Source: Cyanobacteria bacterium P01_D01_bin.156
Lineage (GTDB): Bacteria > Cyanobacteriota > Cyanobacteriia > Phormidesmidales > Phormidesmidaceae
NCBI GenBank assembly: GCA_039024555.1
Contig: JBCCQQ010000081.1
Coordinates: 1 to 22,181 of the forward strand
DNA length: 22,181 nucleotides
Direction: 5' to 3'
The translations under genes and the position numbers were made by a program. Every line of letters starts with the position of its first letter. Within the stretch, counting starts at the first letter, position 1. Below the pieces are notes generated by a model that worked only from the letters and a program-made list of their open reading frames with translations, had not been told where the DNA came from and searched no databases. Below, piece after piece: positions 7,135 to 16,168 of the stretch.

Positions 7135-8097
7135 TTACCTAACTGGGTCGGACACCAAACGAAATCCAAACAGGACATGGCGATAAGTGGTTGGTCGACC
7201 ATGGCGGTAAGCCGTGCGACAAAAGCCTGGTAAGTCGTCCCAGGCACAGCCTTTCATAATGGCTCGTTCTTGACCATCCTGGGTGTAGACGGTTGAAGTG
7301 AACTCAAACACATTACCTGCCATATCTTCCACCCCATAGACGCTTCGACTCAGTGGATAGGCCCCCACTCGACTCGTTCCTTCTGGTCCATGTTTTTGCC
7401 AGTTAGTGGCTTTATCTTCCCACTCATTACCCCAGCTGAAATAGCGGCCATCTTTTCCCCGAGCAGCTTTCTCCCATTCATCCGCTGTCGGTAAACGATA
7501 GTCAAGTCCATCTTCTTGGCTTTTCCAAGCGGCATAGGCCAAAGCATCTTTCTGAGACACCAGTACTACAGGGTAGTTTGCCTTGCCTGCAGGATACTGA
7601 TATCCCCGCCAGAAGTAAGGGCGCAGATCCTGGTAAGAGTGCACCAACATATTTTGCTCTTGATAATTCTCTGGGGTGATGCCTGGCTGATGATATCCAG
7701 TAGCCAATACAAATTCTTGATACTCTTCGTTAGTAACTAAATTTTGTCCAATGCAAAAAGTACCCATACGACGTTTGCCGCTGTCAGGCTCAAAGTCAAA
7801 CCAACGCTGCTGACGTAGCCGAGTTTCAATATCAGCTATTTCTTCAGGGGTATTGGCTAATGCCGCCGCTGATATCCGATAGGCATAGTCTCGCTCTTCT
7901 TGGTTGCTGCCAGCTCGATACCGCCCCCGTTCAATGTAGACATGTCCTTCAACACATCGATTATCTTGATTGTTTTCAAGAACAGTACTGCCTTCCTCCA
8001 CCTGGGACCTTGCCTGACCACATCCAGCTAGTAACACAGCTAGCAGGAGCCAGCTGAACTGGGGCCGAAGGTTTTGTTGTAGTCGTAATCTAAGCAT
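7135..8097 (-). CDS. FGE-sulfatase-fold (SUMF1/EgtB/PvdO family) lipoprotein
   Basis: Lipobox LLAG/C; FGE-domain motifs VTNEEYQEFV, PVVLVSQKDALAYAAW, YRLPTADEWEKAARG, YGVEDMAGNVFEFT and C-terminal GFRLV. Start is ATG 8097 or GTG 8103. Confidence 0.9.
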   Translation of the reverse strand: MLRLRLQQNLRPQFSWLLLAVLLAGCGQARSQVEEGSTVLENNQDNRCVEGHVYIERGRYRAGSNQEERDYAYRISAAALANTPEEIADIETRLRQQRWFDFEPDSGKRRMGTFCIGQNLVTNEEYQEFVLATGYHQPGITPENYQEQNMLVHSYQDLRPYFWRGYQYPAGKANYPVVLVSQKDALAYAAWKSQEDGLDYRLPTADEWEKAARGKDGRYFSWGNEWEDKATNWQKHGPEGTSRVGAYPLSRSVYGVEDMAGNVFEFTSTVYTQDGQERAIMKGCAWDDLPGFCRTAYRHGRPTTYRHVLFGFRLVSDPVR

Positions 8098-8225
8098 TTG
8101 CACCGCAAGCGTTCCAAAGTCATCAAAGCACCAGGCCAGACGAAGAGCCCTGCCCAGAGATCGATGTCTGTGACTCCAATAGATAAATCAATCGACAGCT
8201 TTTGATCAAAACGGTAGCTCTAGCG

Positions 8226-8248
8226 TTTACAGCTGTAAAAAAATCTAC
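8226..8248. promoter_or_regulatory. Perfect 14-bp palindrome overlapping an NtcA-like GTA-N8-TAC site
   Basis: TTTACAGCTGTAAA (8226-8239) and GTA-AAAAAATC-TAC (8235-8248), in the divergent FGE/cupin intergenic region. Confidence 0.35.
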
Positions 8249-8513
8249 CTTTGGGTTATTCAAAGATCAGAAATTTTACCCCTGTAGGGTTGCCGATTTA
8301 TTTTGCCCGTAATTTAGGGTGGAGAACTACCAGTCTAATGGCCAGATGTCTGCTGTGGATACACCGCTGTTGCAAGATGAAACTTTTCTTTCGTATAACA
8401 TTGTTAAAAGTTGGGCTGTGGTTGAGATATTTCACCGTAGTCATATCTTTGTATGTTTAAAAACCTAAGATGAAGCTCACTGCCCCATCTCAATATGTTT
8501 CTCCCATGTGTCT

Positions 8514-9122
8514 ATGACAAATAAAAACTGGCTGATTACTGACGATGGTCAGAAAACCACATTTGGTGATGCTGATATTGAAGCCCCTGAGCGTGTCTAT
8601 CGTCTGTACAGGTTTCTAACAGATTTAGAGGATATTCTGGCTGCTGAAAGGGATGATATTCGTCGGCTCCAGGCTATTGCCCCCCTAGTGCGAAAACTGC
8701 TAGTGAGTTCCTACTGGCTACAGATGGAATATGACGAGCCTTCTCCTCAAACAGGTTGGTCTGTCAAGTTTTTATACCGAGAACACGAATTTCCTCTGAC
8801 GGTTCAAATGGTGGCTTGGGCCCCTGGTCAAGTGTCCACGATTCACAATCATGCCACTTGGGGAATTGTTGCCCTGATTGGGGGAGAAGAAAAAAATCAC
8901 CTGTGGCGGCGTACACCTTCGGAAACCCAACCTCACCGTTTGGAGTCCGCAGGAGAACAAATTTTATTGCCCGGTGACATTATCGGATTGACTCCCGGTG
9001 CAATCCATCAAGTGCAGCCTTTAGGAGAAGAGCCCACTGTTTCATTTAATCTCTATGGTGTGACGGACCATAAAGCACGCTTTGAATATGACGTGGAGAA
9101 TCACACAGCTAAGTTATTTTAG
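8514..9122 (+). CDS. Cupin / cysteine-dioxygenase-like metalloprotein
   Basis: WAPGQVSTIHNHATWG (HxH), GEEKNHLW, distal His in GAIHQV, and VSFNLYG at the position of the thiol dioxygenase SxHxY motif. Start is ATG 8514 or GTG 8508. Confidence 0.85.
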   Translation: MTNKNWLITDDGQKTTFGDADIEAPERVYRLYRFLTDLEDILAAERDDIRRLQAIAPLVRKLLVSSYWLQMEYDEPSPQTGWSVKFLYREHEFPLTVQMVAWAPGQVSTIHNHATWGIVALIGGEEKNHLWRRTPSETQPHRLESAGEQILLPGDIIGLTPGAIHQVQPLGEEPTVSFNLYGVTDHKARFEYDVENHTAKLF

Positions 9123-9451
9123 TCGAGCTTTTGTAGCTGTTCTTGAATCCACTGTCCATAGTCTGCTGTGCTGGTAGCCATGGGAATGGCAATAATTTCC
9201 GGTAGCTCATAGCTGTGGTGTTGTTTAACGTAGCTGACGATTTTTTCAAACAGGGCCAGATCGGTTTTAATCACCAGCTGATATTCTTCATCCTTATGGA
9301 TTACGCCTTGCCAACGATAGACAGACTTGATGGGGGTAATGGCAACACAGGCGGCTAAATTAACTTCAATCAGAGTCTCAGAAATTTGATCAGCCTCCGA
9401 CTCAGAACCGGTGGTGATCAGTACCAGACCTAATTGAGAGAATGATGTCAT
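9119..9451 (-). CDS. cutA: Divalent-cation tolerance protein CutA
   Basis: LAACV, SVYRWQG, EYQLVIKT, HSYELPEII and Y..WI motifs. Its stop codon overlaps the cupin stop (9119-9122). Confidence 0.95.
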   Translation of the reverse strand: MTSFSQLGLVLITTGSESEADQISETLIEVNLAACVAITPIKSVYRWQGVIHKDEEYQLVIKTDLALFEKIVSYVKQHHSYELPEIIAIPMATSTADYGQWIQEQLQKLD

Positions 9452-9487
9452 GGCTTAGAAACTCACCAAAACGTTACGGATAGTCGT

Positions 9488-10405
9488 CTACTGCATACTC
9501 AATGAAGGGGACCATTCCTGGTAGAGGTGGGAGACAGACATGGAGTATGGGACTGCTGAAATGGCTCTTTGGGCGAAATGGCGGGATGTGATACCTGGAG
9601 TTTTTTGTAATTCGGTTTGAAAAATAGTGTTTGTGAGAATAGCACCTAGAAAATTGGTCTGCTCAAGGTTGGCGCGGCTAAGGTCTGCGTCCAAGAGATT
9701 GGCTCGTTGTAGCTGGGTATTGTGTAGATTAGCTCCAACTAATTGGGACTGTTGTAAGTTAGCGTGCTGAAGCTGAGCGCAGGTTAAATTAGCGGCTGTT
9801 AAGTTAGCGTTTTGAAGGTTTGTCCCCTTCATGTGAGCATGGGACAAATTGACTCCATTTAAGTCGCAGCCTTGAAAATTTAATCCATTTAATCTGGCCT
9901 GTTCAAGATTAACTCCGTTACATTTGATGGCTGTGATATCCGCACCGTAGAGTTTTGCTTCCTGGAGATTAGCCCAATCAAAGTTCACTCCGTGGAGTTG
10001 AGCTTCCCGCAGATTAGCTGCTGCCAAGGTGGCACCGGAAGCGTTAGCGAAGTGTAAAACACTTTGCCGTAGATTTACATGGGGTAGGCGTGCACCGCTC
10101 AATTGGGTGTAAGAGAGATCAGATTTAATCCAAAAGGCACCCTTACCTAAAATCTTGGTGAGATTTGCATGGCTGAGGTTTGTTTCACTTAATTTGGCAA
10201 ATTGCAAATTCGCCCGTTGTAGCTGTGCTCCAATAAGTTTACTTTTAGTAAGAAAGGCACGGCTGAGGTTAGCTCCGACTAAATTTGCCCCCGATAAATC
10301 AGCATTGACCAAAATACAGCTGGATAAATCAGCACCGCTAAGGTTAATTCCCTTAAAGTTGCGGTGGCCTGACTCATACAGTTGTAGAAACTTGTGAACT
10401 CTCAT
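9488..10405 (-). CDS. Pentapeptide repeat-containing protein (305 aa)
   Basis: About 48 A(N/D/Q)L pentapeptide repeats; N-cap FLQLYESGHRNFKG. Confidence 0.93.
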   Translation of the reverse strand: MRVHKFLQLYESGHRNFKGINLSGADLSSCILVNADLSGANLVGANLSRAFLTKSKLIGAQLQRANLQFAKLSETNLSHANLTKILGKGAFWIKSDLSYTQLSGARLPHVNLRQSVLHFANASGATLAAANLREAQLHGVNFDWANLQEAKLYGADITAIKCNGVNLEQARLNGLNFQGCDLNGVNLSHAHMKGTNLQNANLTAANLTCAQLQHANLQQSQLVGANLHNTQLQRANLLDADLSRANLEQTNFLGAILTNTIFQTELQKTPGITSRHFAQRAISAVPYSMSVSHLYQEWSPSLSMQ

Positions 10406-10576
10406 ACGGTTAGGACCTTAATACTTGAACAGCCGTCAACGGGTATTGCTTGTAGCTGTTGCAGATATGTCCCCAGGGTAAACGGCTCGCCGTACAATAA
10501 GGGGGCCTAGTTGATGTTGGTTGATATACCAACTTAAAACTTAAGAAAATCTGAACTTTCAACACACCCCTGTTTT

Positions 10577-11266
10577 ATGACGACGTCCCAGGAAACGGTT
10601 CTTAATTCATCTGCAGCCAGGCTATGGCAGTCATTCGTGTTGGGAGCCCTGTGGTTGGGGTTTGTAACCTATGCCTTCTTTTTATCACCGCCTAGTACTC
10701 CCGAAACACTCGATACTATTCGGCAACTTTCTACTGGGCATTGGACAATGCTTAATCCAATGGTGGTGGTTTTGTTCAATTTAATGGGCCTATGGCCAGT
10801 GGTATATGCTGTTCTCGCCCTCACTGATGGTCGTGAGCAAGCAATACCGGCTTGGCCTTTTGTGGTAGGCTCCTTTGCCCTAGGGGCTTTTGCATTGCTA
10901 CCTTACCTGGTATTTAGAAAAGCCACCCACCATTTACCTTACTCTCCCCCAAATACAGCGTTGCTAAAGGGGCTTAATCATCGTTTGGTGGGTGTTGGCA
11001 TTGTTACAGCAAGTCTTATTCTCATGGCCTATGGGATACTTCTGGGGGATGGGGCTAGAACGTTTCAAGACTTTTACGGACAATTTTTGACGAGTCAGTT
11101 TATCCATGTGATGAGCCTGGATTTTTGTATGCTCACCCTGCTTACTCCAAGCTTGCTGTGGGATGATATTGCCCGCCGTCAGTTGTCTGCTTTATGGCGT
11201 GCGCTTTCGTTAATTCCGTTGCTGGGTCCAGGTTTATATCTGATGTTACGTCCAGCCAATCCATGA
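10577..11266 (+). CDS. Conserved cyanobacterial multi-pass membrane protein (DUF2834-like)
   Basis: About 6 hydrophobic segments; LFNLMGLWP, WPF..GSF..GAFALLPYL, FIHVMSLDF and P..GP..Y...RP motifs. Confidence 0.8.
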   Translation: MTTSQETVLNSSAARLWQSFVLGALWLGFVTYAFFLSPPSTPETLDTIRQLSTGHWTMLNPMVVVLFNLMGLWPVVYAVLALTDGREQAIPAWPFVVGSFALGAFALLPYLVFRKATHHLPYSPPNTALLKGLNHRLVGVGIVTASLILMAYGILLGDGARTFQDFYGQFLTSQFIHVMSLDFCMLTLLTPSLLWDDIARRQLSALWRALSLIPLLGPGLYLMLRPANP

Positions 11267-12135
11267 TCCAATTTGCTGGTAGTTCTATCAATGATCCATG
11301 GCATGACGAACAGTGGCAATACATTCGTAAAAATATTGGCGAGTGGCACGGTTGGTTTCGACAGTTTTCCCCAGAGGCTGTCTGGGAGCGGGATACTCCT
11401 AGTACTCTCACTTTAAGGGAAGACTGTTTAAATCAGCATATGACTTTGGTGCTCAAACGGACTCCAGAGGGCATGCCTACCCAAACCATGGAGCGAGATC
11501 TTGGGTTTCCTGGAGCGGCTCCTTATCTATGTTTTTTCCCGACGGGGGCTTTTTCCCAAGGCGCACCCCAGCGGCGTCCATGGAGTAGTTTTGGGGCTGA
11601 GTTTTCCCTGCTATCGGAACAGCGTCGTCTGCGTCTTGTGCAGCTTTATAAAGGAACTGCTAATGGTGATCATGTTTTAGAATATGTCACTCTAATCCCG
11701 GAATATCGATCGACGGGACGATCTGAGAGAACATTACCAGATCGTTATTTGCAACTGAATGATTTTTTAGGAACGTGGCGAGGTGAGAGTCTTTACTTGC
11801 CGGCCACAATGGTAACGCCTCAACTGGGAACTAGCTACTGGCAAGCACAAGACTCAGAGGCTGAGCTAGTGATTTCTGACAAAACCTTTATCCATGAAGC
11901 TGTGCAGTCTTTTCAACCAATAGATCCACACCGTTGGCAGGCTGGGTTGGTACAGTACTGGCTCCTGCCGGGTAACGTAAGCTGCACTGTCTACCCTCAA
12001 TTACCACGGAATCATTGTGCTCGTTTGGAATTTTGTTGGTATCTATTGCCCCATCGGCGGCAGCGTATTGTGCGAGATTATGACGAACAAGGGAACTGGA
12101 TTGGAACATTTCTATCTCTAGAAACTCGGGTATGA
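11263..12135 (+). CDS. DUF3598-family (calycin-like beta-barrel) protein
   Basis: QW..IRKNIGEWHGWF, FFPTGAFSQG, FGAEF, RRLRLVQLY, second-barrel LGTWRG and RQRIVRDYDEQGNW. ATG 11263 overlaps the upstream stop (ATGA), so it is preferred over 11194. Confidence 0.8.
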   Translation: MIQFAGSSINDPWHDEQWQYIRKNIGEWHGWFRQFSPEAVWERDTPSTLTLREDCLNQHMTLVLKRTPEGMPTQTMERDLGFPGAAPYLCFFPTGAFSQGAPQRRPWSSFGAEFSLLSEQRRLRLVQLYKGTANGDHVLEYVTLIPEYRSTGRSERTLPDRYLQLNDFLGTWRGESLYLPATMVTPQLGTSYWQAQDSEAELVISDKTFIHEAVQSFQPIDPHRWQAGLVQYWLLPGNVSCTVYPQLPRNHCARLEFCWYLLPHRRQRIVRDYDEQGNWIGTFLSLETRV

Positions 12136-12223
12136 CCTGTTCATGATTGTGATGTGTGCCTGTTCCTGGTAGCGGGGCACTAGCTCTGATTTTTGTAGCT
12201 CACCTTTGCTTTTCTGATTGCCC

Positions 12224-13783
12224 ATGTCTCAGACTCAATCGATCTTTCAGCATATTCCTGGCAAGCCCTATGGGGGGCTTCAACGAGTGGATGCTCTCTG
12301 GTATGACTATCGTCATGGCAAGATTCCCACACCCTCGGTGGTGACGACTCAGGCTGATCCATTGGTGACCAGTGAGATAAGTTCCCCCTATGATGTGGTG
12401 ATCTGTGGGGGTACTTTGGGGATTTTGTTGGCGGCTTCCCTAGCGAAACAAGGAAGAAAAGTGGCTCTTTTGGAACGTGGTGTGTTGAAGGGACGCGACC
12501 AGGAATGGAATATTTCTCGTAACGAACTACGGACATTTGTTGCTCTAGGCCTTTTGAGTGAAGAGGAATTAGAAACTGCGATCGCAACTGAATATAATCC
12601 GGCCCGGATTCAGTTTGGCGATGGTGACGAACTTTGGGTTAACGATGTTCTCAATATTGGTGTAGATCCCGTCTACTTGTTAGAAACCCTCAAACAGGTT
12701 TTTCTAAAGGCAGGGGGGGAACTCTTGGAACAAACTCCTTTTTCGTCGGCCTGTGTTGCACCTGATGGTGTGCTGGTGCACGCCGAGAACAAAACCTTAG
12801 TCACGCGCTTGCTGATCGATACAATGGGACATTTCTCGCCCATTGTGCAGCAGGCTCGCCAAGGAGAAGTGCCCGATGCCGTGTGTCTTGTCGTTGGCAC
12901 CTGCGCTACGGGCTACGACCGCAACCAAACTGGCGATCTGATCACCTCGTTTACACCAATTGCCCATCAGTGTCAGTATTTTTGGGAGGCATTTCCGGCT
13001 AGAGATGGCCGCACCACCTATTTGTTTACCTACTTAGATGCCCATCCCGACCGTATTACTTTAGAAAATCTGTTTGACGATTATTTTGATCTCCTCCCCA
13101 CCTATCAGGGGGTAAACCTGGAACAGCTCACCTTTAAGCGAGCCCTGTTCGGCTTTTTCCCCGCTTACCGCAACAGTCCCCTCAGGTTCCATTGGGATCG
13201 AATATTAGCGGTTGGAGATGCCAGTGGACACCAATCTCCCCTGAGTTTTGGTGGATTTGGTGCCATGGTGCGCCATCTGGGGCGTCTTACCCAAGGGATT
13301 GACGATGCTCTGCAACAGGATCAGCTCAGTGCCTCTGCCCTGGGGTGGTTACAACCATATCAGCCCAACATTGCCGTTACCTGGCTATTTCAAAAGGCCA
13401 TGAGTTTGCAGGTTAATCAGTTCCTTGAGGAACAGCAAATTAACCAACTCCTGGCCACCATCTTTGAGGACATGTCTGCCTTGGGGGACCCTGTTTTACG
13501 CCCATTTCTTCAGGATGTTGTCCAATTTCTTCCCCTGGCAAAGACCCTACTGCGCACATCTGTTTACCATCCTGGCTTAGTTGCTAAGATTCTTCCCCAG
13601 GTGGGTATTCCAGCTGTTTTAGACTGGACCGGACACTACTTGAGTTTGGCAGTTTATAGTGCATTAAACCGGTTGCTAGGGAGCAGTACAGCGTCTGCAG
13701 ATAGCTACTACTGGCGACGCTGGCAAGAGTCCCTTCTGTATGGCAGTGGTGGTGATTATGGCTGTCACCACCCTGGTACTTAA
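12224..13783 (+). CDS. cruP: FAD-dependent oxidoreductase of the CruA/CruP lycopene-cyclase family, CruP-like
   Basis: DVVICGGTLG FAD motif, GRDQEWNISR, QYFWEAFP, VGDASGHQSPLSFGGFG, PFLQDVVQF and C-terminal YGSGGDY; ~520 aa fits CruP better than the longer CruA. Confidence 0.8.
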   Translation: MSQTQSIFQHIPGKPYGGLQRVDALWYDYRHGKIPTPSVVTTQADPLVTSEISSPYDVVICGGTLGILLAASLAKQGRKVALLERGVLKGRDQEWNISRNELRTFVALGLLSEEELETAIATEYNPARIQFGDGDELWVNDVLNIGVDPVYLLETLKQVFLKAGGELLEQTPFSSACVAPDGVLVHAENKTLVTRLLIDTMGHFSPIVQQARQGEVPDAVCLVVGTCATGYDRNQTGDLITSFTPIAHQCQYFWEAFPARDGRTTYLFTYLDAHPDRITLENLFDDYFDLLPTYQGVNLEQLTFKRALFGFFPAYRNSPLRFHWDRILAVGDASGHQSPLSFGGFGAMVRHLGRLTQGIDDALQQDQLSASALGWLQPYQPNIAVTWLFQKAMSLQVNQFLEEQQINQLLATIFEDMSALGDPVLRPFLQDVVQFLPLAKTLLRTSVYHPGLVAKILPQVGIPAVLDWTGHYLSLAVYSALNRLLGSSTASADSYYWRRWQESLLYGSGGDYGCHHPGT

Positions 13784-13824
13784 TCATTCAACTTCTTGCT
13801 TTTCCTCTGCAGCATCCTTTTTCA

Positions 13825-14637
13825 ATGTCTTTCAGTTTTTCCCCTGCCCGACAGCGCTTTCGTCGTCTTCTTGACCAGCCATCCCTAAATTTGGCCGCCG
13901 CCGCCCTTTGTCCAGCCCAAGAGGTATATCCTAATTTGGACCCTCATCACTACTATCAACAGCTGGATGACATTGCTGCGGCCATTAGTCCTTCCACATA
14001 TCCTCTAAAAACGATTCAGGCGATTAACCAACAGCTCTATCAAGAGCTGGGGCTGAGGGGGAATCAAATTAACTATTACGATCCTGAGAACAGCTACCTT
14101 AACCGTGTTTTAGAGCGCGGTTTGGGAATTCCGATTACGTTGGCGTTGGTGTATATGGAAGTAGGGAAACGTTTGGACTTTCCCCTACTGGGAGTGGGGA
14201 TGCCGGGGCATTTTTTGGTGCGTCCCGCGATTGATGAAATGGAGGTCTATATCGACCCGTTTGACCAGGGAGAAATTCTATTTCCAGAAGATTGTCAGGC
14301 TCTTTTCCATCGCCTACACGGTGCTAACACCCCTTGGAGTGGCGATTATCTCCAACCTATTGATGCCAAAGCATTCCTTGCTAGGCTACTCAACAATTTA
14401 AAGTTGATTTATCTCAATCAGCGCAATTTTTCCCAGTCTCTGATGATTCTGGACTATCTTCTGATGCTCTTTCCCCATGAGCCTGGAAATAGTCGTGCAC
14501 GGGGGCTGATTCATTATCAACTACAAAACCTGTTGGCAGCCCGTAGCGATTTAGAAACCTATTTGAAGTATAGTCCGACAGCTTCAGACCGAGAGCAGAT
14601 AAGACTGCTTCTAGATAATATTGCGGATAGCTTCTAG
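13825..14637 (+). CDS. SirB1/YchA-like transglutaminase-like core plus TPR protein
   Basis: GN..NYYDPENSYLNRVLERGLGIPITL, GVGMPGHFLV, YIDPF..G, RLLNNLKLIY and a C-terminal TPR. Confidence 0.9.
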   Translation: MSFSFSPARQRFRRLLDQPSLNLAAAALCPAQEVYPNLDPHHYYQQLDDIAAAISPSTYPLKTIQAINQQLYQELGLRGNQINYYDPENSYLNRVLERGLGIPITLALVYMEVGKRLDFPLLGVGMPGHFLVRPAIDEMEVYIDPFDQGEILFPEDCQALFHRLHGANTPWSGDYLQPIDAKAFLARLLNNLKLIYLNQRNFSQSLMILDYLLMLFPHEPGNSRARGLIHYQLQNLLAARSDLETYLKYSPTASDREQIRLLLDNIADSF

Positions 14638-14857
14638 GGCAGAACAAGCCTAGGAACTGTACGTTAAATTAACCAAAGAGAGTGCTACGTTTGGCGCTTG
14701 TCTCCGCAGGATCACCTTTTTCTGTACAATTTGAAACACTGCCATCGCAGTTTGCTAAATGGCAAACTTTGCTTCCCATCGCTGTTGTTGGGATAGTACC
14801 CATGATGTGGGCTATGGGCAAAATCTGTAATGTTCGTGTGACGCTGGACTCTGACCT

Positions 14858-15631
14858 ATGGATGTGATCCCTGCCATTGATTTGCTCGATGGACGCTGTG
14901 TTCGTTTATTTCAAGGAGACTACAAACAATCCCAGGTCTTTGATGAGGATCCGGTAGCTGTTGCTTGTCGCTGGGCGGAACAGGGGGCTACTCGTATACA
15001 TCTGGTGGATTTGGATGGGGCTAAGGCCGGTAAACCACAGAATTGGCATGCTATTCGAGAGATTGTTCAAGCCGTTAATGTGCCTGTACAGGTGGGTGGG
15101 GGATTACGCGATCGCAAGCGAGTTGGAGAACTCTTTGACCTTGGTGTGCAGTATGCAATTCTCGGTACCATTGCCGTAGAGAACCCAGAGCTAGTAGGAG
15201 AACTTAGTCAAGAGTTTCCCGGACGCATCTTTGTGGGGATCGATGCCCGTGACGGTAAAGTGGCCACCCGTGGCTGGATAGAAACCTCTTCTGTTATGGC
15301 AGATGAGCTGGCTCGTCGTATGGGAGACCTAGGCGCGGCTGCAATTATTTACACCGACATTAAGCGGGATGGTACGCTCAAGGGCCCCAATCTTGATGCT
15401 TTGAGAGAACTTGCTCAAAAGATTGATACCCCTATTATCGCTTCTGGAGGAGTCAGTTCCATGAGTGATTTACTCAGCCTGTTGGGTGTTGCTCCTCTCG
15501 GAGTGAGTGGTGTGATTATCGGCAAAGCCCTCTACACAGGTAATGTTGACCTTGATGAAGCTATCAAAGCTATCGGTCCAGGGCGAATTCAAGATGTTCC
15601 CCTAAATCTTGAGTCAAATCGTTGGGCGTAA
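14858..15631 (+). CDS. hisA: ProFAR isomerase (histidine biosynthesis)
   Basis: [57 protein letters not shown] and GKALY motifs. Confidence 0.98.
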   Translation: MDVIPAIDLLDGRCVRLFQGDYKQSQVFDEDPVAVACRWAEQGATRIHLVDLDGAKAGKPQNWHAIREIVQAVNVPVQVGGGLRDRKRVGELFDLGVQYAILGTIAVENPELVGELSQEFPGRIFVGIDARDGKVATRGWIETSSVMADELARRMGDLGAAAIIYTDIKRDGTLKGPNLDALRELAQKIDTPIIASGGVSSMSDLLSLLGVAPLGVSGVIIGKALYTGNVDLDEAIKAIGPGRIQDVPLNLESNRWA

Positions 15632-15656
15632 GTATTACATTCAAAATAAGTGATTG

Positions 15657-15697
15657 GGCAACAAAAGTAGTTCATGCGAACTACTTTTGTTGCCTTT
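15657..15697 (+). terminator. Terminator hairpin downstream of hisA
   Basis: Perfect 17-bp stem GGCAACAAAAGTAGTTC / GAACTACTTTTGTTGCC with a 4-nt loop, followed by TTT. Confidence 0.75.
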
Positions 15698-16069
15698 AAA
15701 GGAAGAACAAAGGGGTTCATGGTTAACAGTTTTCATTATTCTGTCATTGATGTTGCAAAGTGGTATTGCTCATTCTTTGCGAAAAGATAATAAGCGTTGT
15801 TTATCAAAATAATGTCCCTTTCGGATGACACGAAAAAAATACGCTACATCGGTTGGCGATTTAGGAGGAGGATGGCGCTGATGGCGAAAAGCCTTTTGCG
15901 ATAAGAGTTTTGGGGTTTGTCTTTGGCGATTTTGAAGGTTGAAATACCCTTGTTAGCAACCCAGTAGAGCTATAAAAGTTGGTTGAAAATTGCATTGTTG
16001 ATGACTGTTCGAAAAAACGGGTGATATTACTTTTTTGTGTTTGGGTATCTTTTTGGTGTTAAAAAATTG

Positions 16070-16097
16070 TTGAATTAGTGGTATATGTTTGTAGAAT
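16070..16097 (+). promoter_or_regulatory. Putative sigma70-type promoter
   Basis: TTGAAT-N16-TAGAAT with an upstream A-tract, about 70 nt before the ATG at 16169. Confidence 0.35.
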
Positions 16098-16168
16098 TAG
16101 AGAATTAATGAGACTATCTTTCTCGAATATCGCTCCATTCATTGCAACAAAGTGAGGTTTTATCCGAT

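Noticed and set aside
7135..7260. FGE/CLec C-terminus as a diversity-generating retroelement target
   Set aside because: No reverse transcriptase, Avd or template-repeat copy seen in the window
7135..8103. EgtB/OvoA/SenA (ergothioneine, ovothiol or selenoneine) assignment
   Set aside because: No N-terminal DinB-like domain with the HxxxH iron motif, it has a lipoprotein signal, and no EgtD or SenB neighbours are present
8251..8460. 69-aa ORF, or a guanidine-I riboswitch suggested by TAGGGTTGCCG
   Set aside because: TTG start without RBS and no motifs; the conserved 3' elements of the ykkC riboswitch are not recognisable
11194..11262. Longer N-terminus for the DUF3598-like gene
   Set aside because: It would overlap the upstream gene by 73 bp; the ATGA-coupled start at 11263 fits better
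12180..12587. 135-aa minus-strand ORF and other short ORFs inside cruP, hisA and the GT genes
   Set aside because: They overlap well-supported genes and show no recognisable motifs
14682..14867. 61-aa ORF before hisA as a leader peptide
   Set aside because: No His codons, GTG start and no attenuator structure
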